From: an uncultured Gemmatimonadales bacterium
GTDB lineage: Bacteria > Gemmatimonadota > Gemmatimonadetes > Gemmatimonadales > GWC2-71-9
Reading direction: 5' to 3'
NCBI GenBank assembly: GCA_963771275.1
Contig: CAVYSW010000010.1
Span: 544,001-608,000 of the forward strand
Length of the DNA stretch: 64,000 nt
Part shown: one piece after another, positions 42,124 to 51,278 of the stretch
Layout of the letters: each line of letters opens with the position of its first letter
Numbering within the stretch: position 1 is the stretch's first letter
Notes under the pieces: model-generated
The model's database searches: none
What the model saw: only the letters and a program-made list of their open reading frames with translations
Told to the model about the DNA's origin: nothing
Program-made: the position numbers and the translations under genes

Positions 42124-42941
42124 GGGGCCAGCGCCCGGGCTACGGCGGCCCGCATCAGTTCCCGCGGCGCCCGCACGCCCGGGAAGAACCGCTCGAAGGC
42201 GTGCGCTCCCTGTGCCACAAGGAGGCCGCGGCCGTCGGCGGCGCGGAGACCGCCGGCACGGCAGGCGCGCACCCACGCGGTCTCCCCGGGGCGATACACC
42301 AGGTCGAGCGCGACGGCGGCGGCGCGCCAGCGCTCCGCCGGCAGCGGGTGGGGGTCGCCGGGCGCGAGGCCGAGCGGTGTCGCGTTGATCACGGTGCCGA
42401 CGGGTCGCGCGTCGTCCGGACGGACGTCGGGGTCGCCCTGCAGGGATCGGGCCCAGGTGCAGAACGTCCCGCCGCGCTCGGCGGTGCGCGCGTTGACGAG
42501 GAGCGGCACGCCGCGTCGCGCCGCGACGGCGGCGACGGCGCGCGCGGACCCGCCGGCGCCGATCACGAGCCACGGCGGCTCGGCGTCCAGCGCGGCGAGC
42601 GTCTCGTCCAGGCCCACCACATCCGTGTTGTCGCCGTGGAGCGCGCCACCGGCGATCCAGAACGTGTTGACCGCGCCCAAGGCGGCGGCGAGCGGCGTGA
42701 GGTGGGTGATGTGCGCCGCGGCAGCCTGCTTCAGGGGAACCGTGATGTTCCCGGCGATGCCGAGTGCGCCGCAGCCGTCCAGCGCCACCGGCAGCGTCGC
42801 CCGCGACACGCGGAGCGGGATGAACACGGCGTCCAGGCCGAGGCCGGCGATCGCGGCGTTGTGCATCTCGGGAGAGAGCGAGTGCGCGATCGGATCGCCG
42901 AGCACGGCGAGAACGCGGCTAGATCCCCGAATCCTGAGCAC
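42120..42941 (-). CDS. aroE: shikimate dehydrogenase
   Basis: PIAHSLSPEMHN, NITVPLK, GAVNT, GDNTD, GAGGSARA. Confidence 0.95.
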   Translation of the reverse strand: MLRIRGSSRVLAVLGDPIAHSLSPEMHNAAIAGLGLDAVFIPLRVSRATLPVALDGCGALGIAGNITVPLKQAAAAHITHLTPLAAALGAVNTFWIAGGALHGDNTDVVGLDETLAALDAEPPWLVIGAGGSARAVAAVAARRGVPLLVNARTAERGGTFCTWARSLQGDPDVRPDDARPVGTVINATPLGLAPGDPHPLPAERWRAAAVALDLVYRPGETAWVRACRAGGLRAADGRGLLVAQGAHAFERFFPGVRAPRELMRAAVARALAP

Positions 42942-43398
42942 CGCGCTCCTTCGTGAGGCGTCCCGCCGCGACGCGCACCAGCTCTTCGAGCTCGGAATAC
43001 GTGGTGCGGTACAGCTCGAGATCGCCGCCAAACGGGTCGCTCACCTCGGCCTCCGGCCCCGTCCGCCCGGCGTATTCGCCCAGCACGTGCGCCCGCGCCG
43101 CCGGGTCGAGTTCCTGGACCCGCGCTCGGTGGTGCCGCGCCATCGTGAGCACGAGATCGGCCTCGCGCAGCAACTCACGCGACACCAACCGAGCGCGGTG
43201 CGCCGACAGATCGAGCCCGTGCTCGAGCGCCACCAGATACGCCCCCTCGGAGGCCGGCGCGCCGTCCCAGGCCCCCGTCCCGGCGGATGACACCGTGAGG
43301 TCGGCGAGCCCCCGCGCCTCGGCTTCACGCTTCATCAGCGCCTCCGCCAGCGGGCTGCGGCACATGTTTCCCGTGCAGACGAACAGCACGTGGGTCAT
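42919..43398 (-). CDS. low-molecular-weight protein phosphatase (Arg/Tyr, YwlE-like)
   Basis: VCTGNMCRSPLAE, SAGT, DPFGG. Confidence 0.93.
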   Translation of the reverse strand: MTHVLFVCTGNMCRSPLAEALMKREAEARGLADLTVSSAGTGAWDGAPASEGAYLVALEHGLDLSAHRARLVSRELLREADLVLTMARHHRARVQELDPAARAHVLGEYAGRTGPEAEVSDPFGGDLELYRTTYSELEELVRVAAGRLTKERGAQDSGI

Positions 43399-44045
43399 GG
43401 CGCGAACCTCCCGACCCGCGCCTGCAGCTCGCCGCGGGGGATCGCGCCTTCCCGTACCAGGCGTGGCACCGGAGCCGTGCAGTCCACGACGGTGGATGGC
43501 GGGACGTTTCCCAGGACGCCGCCGTCCAGGACCAGGAGCCGACCCGCGGCGACGGCCGGTTCGAACACTTGCAGGATGGCACCGACGCCGGGGGCCGTCG
43601 GGGCGCCGGGCCGGTTGGCGGAGGTCGAGGTGAGCGGCACTCCGACGTACGCGATCAGCTCGGCCATGCCCTGGTGCGACGTCCAGCGGACGGCGATCCC
43701 TCCCTCCGAGCCACGCAGTGAATCGGGCAACCCGCGCCCGCCGGGCAGGATGAGCGTGACCGCACCGGGCCAGAACGCGTCCGCCAGCGCGGCGGCCGCC
43801 GCCGTGAACAGCAGGCCGTGCTGCTCCGCCATGCGCCGGCTCGCCACCAGCAGCAAGAACGGCTTGCCTTGCGGCCTGCCCTTCAGCTGCGAGAGCGCCG
43901 CGACGTCACGCACCGTGGCGCGGGATCCCAGCCCGTACACCGTCTCCGTCGGATAGGCCAGCAACCCGCCTTCGGCGAGGTGCGCCGCGACGCGCGGCGC
44001 GGCGGCGGCACACTGCTCCGCCGTCTGGAACGGGAGCGCGGTCAT
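43395..44045 (-). CDS. tsaC: L-threonylcarbamoyladenylate synthase (YrdC/TsaC)
   Basis: YPTETVYGLG, KGR, FWPG, STSAN, PSTVVD. Confidence 0.93.
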   Translation of the reverse strand: MTALPFQTAEQCAAAAPRVAAHLAEGGLLAYPTETVYGLGSRATVRDVAALSQLKGRPQGKPFLLLVASRRMAEQHGLLFTAAAAALADAFWPGAVTLILPGGRGLPDSLRGSEGGIAVRWTSHQGMAELIAYVGVPLTSTSANRPGAPTAPGVGAILQVFEPAVAAGRLLVLDGGVLGNVPPSTVVDCTAPVPRLVREGAIPRGELQARVGRFAP

Positions 44046-44746
44046 GTGCGCGCCAGCGCCTCCGCGAGGACGAAGTCGTCCGCGCTCGTCACCTTGAAGT
44101 TGGCCGCACGACCGGGCACCAGCACCACGGAGCGACCCAGCGCCTCGACGAGTCCGGCGTCATCCGTCGCGGCCGCCGCGTCGCCGGCCGCGCGATACGC
44201 CTCCTCCAGCATGGCGCGCGGAAACCCCTGGGGGGTGAGCGCGTGCCAGAGGCCGTTCCGCGGCACGGTGCGCTCGACCCGGCCGGCGTCCGATGCCTGC
44301 TTCAGCGTATCGGAGACGGGCAGCGCAACCAGCGCGCCGACCCCCGCCGCCGCCGCGGTGATCACGCCCTCGATCTCCTCGAAGCTGACGAACGGGCGGG
44401 CCGCGTCATGCACCAGCACGAGGCGGCAGTCGGCGTCGAGCGCCCGCAGCGCCGCGCGCACCGACGCGGTGCGCGTGGCGCCGCCGGCGACGAGGGTGAG
44501 CCGTTCACCACGCAGATCGGCGAGCCACGCCGGGGGTCGGGCGACGAACTCCGGCGGCAGGGCGACGACGATCCGGCGGACGCGCGGGTGCTGCGCGAAG
44601 GGGCGGATCGCGCGCAGCAGCATCGGGACGCCGGCGATCGGACGAAACTGCTTGGGCTCGCCCGTGCCGGCGCGCTCGCCGCGGCCGGCCGCCGGGATCA
44701 GGACGCCGACGTCAGGCGGCGAGGCGTGCGCTGAGTTCGGCGACAT
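44042..44746 (-). CDS. ispD: 2-C-methyl-D-erythritol 4-phosphate cytidylyltransferase
   Basis: PAAGRGER, PKQF, VHDAARP, TPQGF, ATDDA, NFKVT. Confidence 0.95.
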   Translation of the reverse strand: MSPNSAHASPPDVGVLIPAAGRGERAGTGEPKQFRPIAGVPMLLRAIRPFAQHPRVRRIVVALPPEFVARPPAWLADLRGERLTLVAGGATRTASVRAALRALDADCRLVLVHDAARPFVSFEEIEGVITAAAAGVGALVALPVSDTLKQASDAGRVERTVPRNGLWHALTPQGFPRAMLEEAYRAAGDAAAATDDAGLVEALGRSVVLVPGRAANFKVTSADDFVLAEALART

Positions 44747-46076
44747 GGGCGATCGGGATCAGCTCGATCCTGGACGCCGGCTGGCTGCGGGCCGACACGA
44801 ACGCCCGCCGGAAGCCCTGGCGCTCGACCTCGGCGAGCCGGCGCTCGGTCGCGACCACGGGGCGGATCTCCCCGCCGAGTCCCACCTCGCCGAGGAACAC
44901 CGCGTCGGCCGGCAGCGCGCGATCGGTGACGCTGGACATCAGCGCGGCGACCACGGCGAGGTCCGAGGCCGGCTCGACCAGGCGAACGCCGCCGGTGACG
45001 TTGACGAACACATCGAGGTCGTGGAACGGGAACCCGCCGCGCCGCTCGAGCACGGCGAGCAGCACGGCGAGGCGGCGGTGCTCGAGACCGGTGGCGACCC
45101 GTTGTGGGGTCCCGAACCCGGCCTTGGCGGCGAGCGCCTGAATCTCGATCAGCACGGGCCGGGTGCCTTCGAGCAGGGCGGTCACCGCCGATCCGGCGGT
45201 CTGGTCGAACCGGCCGGTCAGGAAGGCCGCCGACGGGTTCCCGACCGGGACGAGCCCTGCCGCGGTCATCTCGAAGATCCCCACCTCGTCCACCGAGCCG
45301 AACCGGTTCTTCACGGCGCGGAGGACACGGAAGCCGCTGCTCGGCTCCCCTTCGAAGTAGACCACGGTGTCGACCATGTGCTCGAGCGTCTTGGGCCCCG
45401 CGATGATCCCGCCGCGCGTCACGTGCCCGACCAGCACGACCGTCGCGCCCGAGCCCTTGGCGAAGCGCATCAGCCGGGCGGCGCACTCGCGCACCTGCCC
45501 CACGTTGCCCGGAGCGCCTTCGAGGTCATCGGTGTAGCTGGTCTGGATCGAGTCCACGACGACGACCTGGGATCCGGCGGCCGCGGCGTGCCCCACGATG
45601 GCGTCGACACGGATCTCGGGCACGACGAGCACCGCGCCGGCATCCTCCGTGATCCGGTCCGCCCGGAGCCGCACCTGCTCGACCGATTCCTCGCCGGCGG
45701 CATACAGCGTTGGCACGCCCTGCGCCTGGAGGCGGGCGGCCGCCTGGAGCAGCAGCGTGGACTTGCCGATCCCCGGCTCGCCGCCGATCAGGACGAGCGA
45801 GCCGGGCACGAGCCCACCGCCGAGCACCCAGTCGAGCTCCGCGAGGCCAGTCGAGAGACGCGGGGTGCGATCGCTGGAAACGGCGGACAGGCGGACGGGC
45901 TGATGATCCGCATCGCCCCCGCGCGGGCCCGCCGGGCCCCCGTGTGCCCGTGGGCGCTCGACGACTTCCTCCACGAGCGTGTTCCACGCGCCACAGTCGT
46001 CGCAACGGCCGGCCCACTTGGGGTGGTCCGCGCCGCACTCGGCACAGCGGAACACGGAGCGTCGCCTAGGGGGCAC
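44712..46076 (-). CDS. radA: DNA repair protein RadA/Sms
   Basis: C4 zinc finger, GEPGIGKSTL, KNRFG. Confidence 0.97.
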   Translation of the reverse strand: MPPRRRSVFRCAECGADHPKWAGRCDDCGAWNTLVEEVVERPRAHGGPAGPRGGDADHQPVRLSAVSSDRTPRLSTGLAELDWVLGGGLVPGSLVLIGGEPGIGKSTLLLQAAARLQAQGVPTLYAAGEESVEQVRLRADRITEDAGAVLVVPEIRVDAIVGHAAAAGSQVVVVDSIQTSYTDDLEGAPGNVGQVRECAARLMRFAKGSGATVVLVGHVTRGGIIAGPKTLEHMVDTVVYFEGEPSSGFRVLRAVKNRFGSVDEVGIFEMTAAGLVPVGNPSAAFLTGRFDQTAGSAVTALLEGTRPVLIEIQALAAKAGFGTPQRVATGLEHRRLAVLLAVLERRGGFPFHDLDVFVNVTGGVRLVEPASDLAVVAALMSSVTDRALPADAVFLGEVGLGGEIRPVVATERRLAEVERQGFRRAFVSARSQPASRIELIPIAHVAELSARLAA

Positions 46077-47469
46077 CCGGGCCCTCGGACGCGCGCTCGG
46101 TGTAGTTCTCGAAGCGCGTATGCTGCTTGAGGAAGGCGAGCTTCACAGTGCCGGTCGGTCCGTTCCGGTGTTTGGAGAGAATCACCTCCGCCAGGCCCTC
46201 GTCACCCTCGTCCCGCTGCACGACGCCCGGGTACATCTCCGCGCGGTAGATGAAGATCACCAGATCGGCGTCCTGCTCGATCGCGCCGGAATCGCGCAGG
46301 TCGGAGAGCACCGGGCGGCGGTCTCCGCCGCGTTGCTCGGGCGCGCGGGACAGCTGCGACAGCGCGACCACCGGCGTGTCCAGCTCCCGGGCGAGCGCCT
46401 TGAGCGACCGCGAGATGTAGCTGATCTCCTCCTGCCGGCTCTCGGCGCGGGTCGACCCCCGGATCAGCTGGAGATAGTCGACGACGAACAGCCCGATGTC
46501 GTGCTCGGCCTTGAGTCGCCGCGCCTTCGAGCGCAGCTCCAGCAGGGTCAGGGCCGGCGTGTCGTCGATCCAGATCGGCGCGGTCCCCAGCAGGCCCGCC
46601 GCGCGGGAGAGCTTGGGGTAGTCGTCGGCGCGCAGCCCGCCGCTCCGCAACCGGTGGAGATCCACGAAGGCCTCGGCCGCGAGCAGCCGCTCGACCAGCT
46701 GATCCTTCGACATCTCGAGCGAGAAGACCGCCACCGGCACCTTGTGCTCGAGCGCCGCGTTCGCCGCGACGTTGAGGCAAAACGACGTCTTGCCCATGGA
46801 GGGTCGAGCCGCCACGATGATCAGATCGCTCCGCTGGAAGCCGTTCGTCTTCTCGTCCAAATCTGTGAAGCCACTCGGCACCCCGCGTACCGATTCATCG
46901 CCGCGGTCCCGCGCTTCGATGCGCTCCATCGCCTGCCACATCAGCTCCTTGATGCGGACGACCTCCTGCGTGCCGCGGGCGTTGGACACCTCGAAGACGC
47001 GCTGCTCGGCCTCGTCGAGCAGCGTCCCGACATCGTGACGCCCCTCGTAGGCGGCCTGCACCAGATGCGTCCCGACGTCGATCAGGCGCCGCAGCAGCGC
47101 CTTCTCGCGGACGATCCGCGCGTGAAACTCGATGTTGGCGGCGGTGGGGACGACGTCCAGCAGCTCGGCGATGTACTCGAGGCCCCCCGCGGCCTCGAGA
47201 TCCCCCCGACGGGACAGCGCGTCGCGCAGCACCACGGGGTCGAGCACGTCGCCGCGGTCCACGATCTCGGCCATCGCCCGGAACATGCGGCGGTGGGCGT
47301 CCCGGTAGAACGCGGTGTCGTCCAGGGCCTGGACGGCCTTGAGCGCCGCGTCCTGGTCGAGCAGCATGGCGCCCAGCACCGCCTGCTCAGCTTCGGGACT
47401 CCACGGCGCCTGCCGCAGCGCCGGTTCGGCGCTACCGGTCGAGGAGCTGACGGGCGATACGGACGTCAT
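46066..47469 (-). CDS. dnaB: replicative DNA helicase
   Basis: AARPSMGKT, VDYLQL, LSQLSR, LRDSGAIEQDAD; no intein. Confidence 0.98.
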   Translation of the reverse strand: MTSVSPVSSSTGSAEPALRQAPWSPEAEQAVLGAMLLDQDAALKAVQALDDTAFYRDAHRRMFRAMAEIVDRGDVLDPVVLRDALSRRGDLEAAGGLEYIAELLDVVPTAANIEFHARIVREKALLRRLIDVGTHLVQAAYEGRHDVGTLLDEAEQRVFEVSNARGTQEVVRIKELMWQAMERIEARDRGDESVRGVPSGFTDLDEKTNGFQRSDLIIVAARPSMGKTSFCLNVAANAALEHKVPVAVFSLEMSKDQLVERLLAAEAFVDLHRLRSGGLRADDYPKLSRAAGLLGTAPIWIDDTPALTLLELRSKARRLKAEHDIGLFVVDYLQLIRGSTRAESRQEEISYISRSLKALARELDTPVVALSQLSRAPEQRGGDRRPVLSDLRDSGAIEQDADLVIFIYRAEMYPGVVQRDEGDEGLAEVILSKHRNGPTGTVKLAFLKQHTRFENYTERASEGPGAP

Positions 47470-48277
47470 CCCAGGCGGGTCGCTTCCAGTTCGGGTTCCG
47501 CAGCAGCGCTGCGGGGTGATAGGTGACGATCAGCGGGGTGCCGCGCCACTCGTGCACCTTGTTTCGCAGCGCGGACAACGACGCCTTGCTCCCCAGCAGG
47601 GCCTCCGCCGCCGTCGCACCCAGTGCGACGATAACCTTTGGGCCGATGATGGCAAGCTGGCGGTGCAGGAACGGGAGGCATGCCTCCATCTCGTCGGCCA
47701 TCGGCTTGCGGTTCTCGGGTGCCCGGCACTTCACCACGTTGCAGATGTACACCGTCTCGCGCGGGCAGCCGATGGCGGCAAGGATGTCGTTGAGCAGCTC
47801 CCCCGCCCGCCCGACGAACGGCCGGCCCTGCTGGTCCTCGTTCGCGCCCGGACCCTCCCCCACGACGACGAGGCGGGCATCGGTCGGCCCTTCACCGGGG
47901 ACCGCATGGGTCCGGCCTTGGTGCAGCCGGCACTGGGTGCACCGGTGGACCATGCGCTCGACGTCCGCCATCGCCGCGCCGGCCAGCGGGTCCGCCGCGA
48001 ACAGGTCGCGTGCGGGCGCGTCGACGACCAACCCCTTGCCCGGGATCGGCGGCAGGTCCTTCTGCCAGGCGGGGCTGCCCCGCCGGCCCCTCACCACTGC
48101 CCCTCCTCCCGCTCCTGCACCCCTCTGCTCTCCTCCCCCCGCCGCTCCCGCCGCACGGTGGGGCGGAGGGGGCGGAGCGGGCAGAGCTGGAGAGGAGACT
48201 CCCAGCACCAGAGGGGGCTGTCCCAGCTCGATCTGTTGGGCCAGGTATCGCCGCGCCAGGTCCCGAGCGTCGTTCAC
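47432..48277 (-). CDS. udg: uracil-DNA glycosylase family 4 with a low-complexity N-terminal linker
   Basis: CTQCRL, GEGPG, PFVGRAG, NVVKCRAP, TYHPAALLR. Confidence 0.93.
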   Translation of the reverse strand: MNDARDLARRYLAQQIELGQPPLVLGVSSPALPAPPPPPHRAAGAAGGGEQRGAGAGGGAVVRGRRGSPAWQKDLPPIPGKGLVVDAPARDLFAADPLAGAAMADVERMVHRCTQCRLHQGRTHAVPGEGPTDARLVVVGEGPGANEDQQGRPFVGRAGELLNDILAAIGCPRETVYICNVVKCRAPENRKPMADEMEACLPFLHRQLAIIGPKVIVALGATAAEALLGSKASLSALRNKVHEWRGTPLIVTYHPAALLRNPNWKRPAWDDVRIARQLLDR

Positions 48278-49464
48278 AACAGGGCTTCCACCGCGTCGAG
48301 AATCCGCTCGGCCGCATCCTCCTTGGCTTCGAGCGGCCCCGCCACGGCCCGCTCGGCGGTCACCAGCGTCACGCGGTTGGTGGCGACCTCCGCTCCGGCG
48401 TCCGGTTCCACCATGTTGAGCACCACGAGGTCGAGTGCCTTGCGGCTCAGCTTGGCGCGCGCCCTGGCCACGCCGTCGTCGGTCTCGTAGGCGAATCCCA
48501 CCACGAGCGCGCCCGGCTTGCGCCGCTCGCGGGTGCTGACGAGAACGTCCGGTGTCGGCTCGAGCGAAAGGGCCAGGGCGCCTTCCTCGCGCACGCGCTT
48601 GCCGGTCGCTGGGCTGGTCGGGCGAAAGTCCGCCGGGGCGGCCGCCATCAGCAGCACGTCCGTCGTCGGGAGATGGCGACCGACCGCGGCCTGGAGGTCT
48701 GCCGTGGTCTCCACCCGCTCGACCGCGGGGCCGTACGGTGGGGTGAGCAGCGTCGGGCCGACGACGAGCGTCACCTCCGCGCCGCGCGAGAAGGCCGCCT
48801 GCGCCAAGGCAAACCCCATCCGCCCACTCGACCGGTTGGTGATGACGCGGATCGGGTCGAGCCGCTCGCGCGTCGGGCCCGCCGTGACGAGGACGCGCCG
48901 TCCCCGCAAGCTGCTCGCCGGGCCCCGCAGCAGGCGCTCCACCTCCGCGAAGATCTCCTCGGGCTCGCTCATGCGACCCGGCCGGTCGCTCGGGCCCTCG
49001 GCAAGCGGGCCCGCGACGGGGCCGATGAACGACCACCCGCGGTTGCGCAGCGTTGCGAGATTCGCCTGGGTTGCCGGATGCGCGAACATCGCGTCGTTCA
49101 TGGCCGGCGCCGCGAGCACCGGGCCGGTCCGCGCGAGGAGAATGGCGGTGAGCAGGTCGTCCGCCAGTCCCAGCGCCGCGCGCGCGAGCAGGTGCGCGGT
49201 TGCCGGGGCCAGCAGCAGGAGATCGGGCTGGCGGGCGAGGGAGATGTGCGCGAGTGCCCGGCCCGGCTCCCACAGCGAGCCGAGGACCGGGCGCCCGGTC
49301 AGTGCCTCAAACGTCACGGGTCGGACAAACTCGGCAGCGGACGCCGTGAGCGCCACGTCCACCACCGCTCCCGAGTCCACGAGCCGGCGGGCGAGCGTGC
49401 ACGCCTTGTAGCTCGCGATCCCGCCCGACACGCCCAGGAGTACGTGCCGGCCGGTGAGCGTCAC
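48274..49464 (-). CDS. coaBC: phosphopantothenoylcysteine decarboxylase/ligase
   Basis: GGIASYK, PAMNDAM, TAGPTRE, NRSSGRMG, GFAYET. Confidence 0.96.
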   Translation of the reverse strand: MTLTGRHVLLGVSGGIASYKACTLARRLVDSGAVVDVALTASAAEFVRPVTFEALTGRPVLGSLWEPGRALAHISLARQPDLLLLAPATAHLLARAALGLADDLLTAILLARTGPVLAAPAMNDAMFAHPATQANLATLRNRGWSFIGPVAGPLAEGPSDRPGRMSEPEEIFAEVERLLRGPASSLRGRRVLVTAGPTRERLDPIRVITNRSSGRMGFALAQAAFSRGAEVTLVVGPTLLTPPYGPAVERVETTADLQAAVGRHLPTTDVLLMAAAPADFRPTSPATGKRVREEGALALSLEPTPDVLVSTRERRKPGALVVGFAYETDDGVARARAKLSRKALDLVVLNMVEPDAGAEVATNRVTLVTAERAVAGPLEAKEDAAERILDAVEALL

Positions 49465-49673
49465 GTCTCCTGCCGGCGCCGGCGGACGAGTCGGTAGGTC
49501 AGACGGCCCTGCGCCAGCTCCTCGAGGGCGCGGGTCGTGAGCTTCTTCTCCAGCTCGATCGAGCGATCGCGCGGGAAATCGTTGACGAACCGGGCGAACT
49601 TCGCCGCGACGAGGACGCCGAGGTACTTGTTGGCGGCGCGTTGCGCGACCGTGTGCGGGGTGAAGATCTGCAT
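49461..49673 (-). CDS. rpoZ: RNA polymerase omega subunit
   Basis: NKYLGVLVAAKFAR...ALEEL; lies between gmk and coaBC. Confidence 0.88.
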   Translation of the reverse strand: MQIFTPHTVAQRAANKYLGVLVAAKFARFVNDFPRDRSIELEKKLTTRALEELAQGRLTYRLVRRRRQET

Positions 49674-49698
49674 GCCTGTGTCTCTGATCCTTCCGTGC

Positions 49699-50343
49699 CT
49701 ACGTGCGTTCCAGCAGATCCGCCTGCGCGGCGATCTGGCGGGCCAAGGCCCGCAGTGAGTCGGGCAGCTCCGGGAGTCGCCCCGGCCGCCGCGATTCGGC
49801 GTCGATGATCGCGGCCACCTCCGCCACCGCCTGTGTACGGTCGGTGTTCACCACCAGATAGTCGTACTGCGCGGCGTCCCCCAGCTCCTCGACCGCGCGC
49901 CGGAGCCGCTTGACCAAGTCCTTGGGCCGCTCGGTGTTACGTCCACCCAGCCGGTCCACCAGCGCCTGTGCCGATGGGGGAATAATAAAGACACTCACGA
50001 CGTTTTGGCACCGCTCGCGGATCGCGCGGGCTCCCTGCACCTCGATGTCCAGCACGACGTGGCGCCCCGACCCGAGCACCCGGTCGAGTTCGGCTGCGAG
50101 GGTGCCGTACCGGTGCCCGCCATATTCGGCCGTCTCGAGGAACTCCCCCGCGGCCAGTCGGCGCTCGAACTCCTCGCGTGGGAGGAAGTAGTAGTCCGTG
50201 CCGTCGCGCTCGCCGGGCCGCGGCGCCCGGGTCGTGGCGGACACGCTGTAGCCCAGGTCCTCGCGGGCCGCGAGCAGCGCCTTGGCGATGGTGGTCTTGC
50301 CGCCGCCGGATGGCGCCGAGAGCACGAGCAGGAACGGCTTCAC
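49699..50343 (-). CDS. gmk: guanylate kinase
   Basis: SAPSGGGKTT, TTRAPRPGERDGTDYYF, YGT, DIEVQGA. Confidence 0.97.
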   Translation of the reverse strand: MKPFLLVLSAPSGGGKTTIAKALLAAREDLGYSVSATTRAPRPGERDGTDYYFLPREEFERRLAAGEFLETAEYGGHRYGTLAAELDRVLGSGRHVVLDIEVQGARAIRERCQNVVSVFIIPPSAQALVDRLGGRNTERPKDLVKRLRRAVEELGDAAQYDYLVVNTDRTQAVAEVAAIIDAESRRPGRLPELPDSLRALARQIAAQADLLERT

Positions 50344-51218
50344 TCGAGGTTCTCCAGTTGCTCGCGAAACCGCTCCAGCTCCTGCTTCATGTCGATGACC
50401 ACCTGGGCGATGGCCGCGTCGTTGGCCTTCGAGCCGATCGTGTTGATCTCGCGGAGAATCTCCTGTCCGAGAAAGCCGAGCCGGCGCCCGGGCGCGGCCT
50501 CGGCGCGAAGCGCCTCCCAGGCCGCGTCGAGGTGTGTGGCGAGTCGCACCATTTCCTCGGTGACGTCGAGCCGGTCCGCCAGCAATGCGATCTCCTGCGC
50601 CAGGCGCTGCGGGTCGGGCTCCCGGCCTTCCAGCAGCTCCCGCACCGCCGCCCGCAGGCGGTCGTGCTCGGCCGTGAGGCGCTCGGGCGCCCGGCGCCGC
50701 ACGTGGTCGAGGCCCTGCCGGATGAGGTCGAGCCGCAGCTCGAGCTCGCCGACGAGAACGGCCCCTTCGCGCTCGCGCATCGCGAGGACGCCGGCCAGCG
50801 CCCCGTTGACGATCGCCAGGACCGCCGTGCCGTCGATCGTCGGCTCCGCGCCGGCCGCGTCGAAGCGCAGCACCTCGGGCTGCCGCGCCACGAATTGCAG
50901 GTCGATGGCGCCCGGGAGATCGAGCGCGGCGCGCAGCTGCGCGAGCGCCACCAGGACCGACCGCGCCCGGTCGACGTCCACCGTGACGAGGTCCCGGCTC
51001 ACGGGCTCCTCCAGCCAGCGGGCCGACACGCTCACGTGGCCGCGCTCGAGGCGACCGCGCAGATGCTGGCGGAACGTCTCCTCCAACGGCTGCAGCGCGG
51101 GCGGGAGCCGCAGCTGGACGTTGAAGTGCCGGTGATTGACCGTGCGGATCTCGACCTGGAGGCGACCGCCCGCGACGGGGCCGTCCGCTACTCCGAAGCC
51201 GGTCATGGAGCGGGCCAC
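50340..51218 (-). CDS. yicC: YicC/YloC family endoribonuclease
   Basis: SMTGFG, DVTEEMVRL, REINTIGSK, REQLENLE. Confidence 0.95.
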   Translation of the reverse strand: MARSMTGFGVADGPVAGGRLQVEIRTVNHRHFNVQLRLPPALQPLEETFRQHLRGRLERGHVSVSARWLEEPVSRDLVTVDVDRARSVLVALAQLRAALDLPGAIDLQFVARQPEVLRFDAAGAEPTIDGTAVLAIVNGALAGVLAMREREGAVLVGELELRLDLIRQGLDHVRRRAPERLTAEHDRLRAAVRELLEGREPDPQRLAQEIALLADRLDVTEEMVRLATHLDAAWEALRAEAAPGRRLGFLGQEILREINTIGSKANDAAIAQVVIDMKQELERFREQLENLE

Positions 51219-51278
51219 GGGAATGCGCTTCCTTCCGGACTCGTGGGGGCGAAAGGTATGTGGGAGAAGGAAGGGCCG

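Noticed and set aside
46066..47469. Intein in DnaB
   Set aside because: Normal length with contiguous helicase motifs
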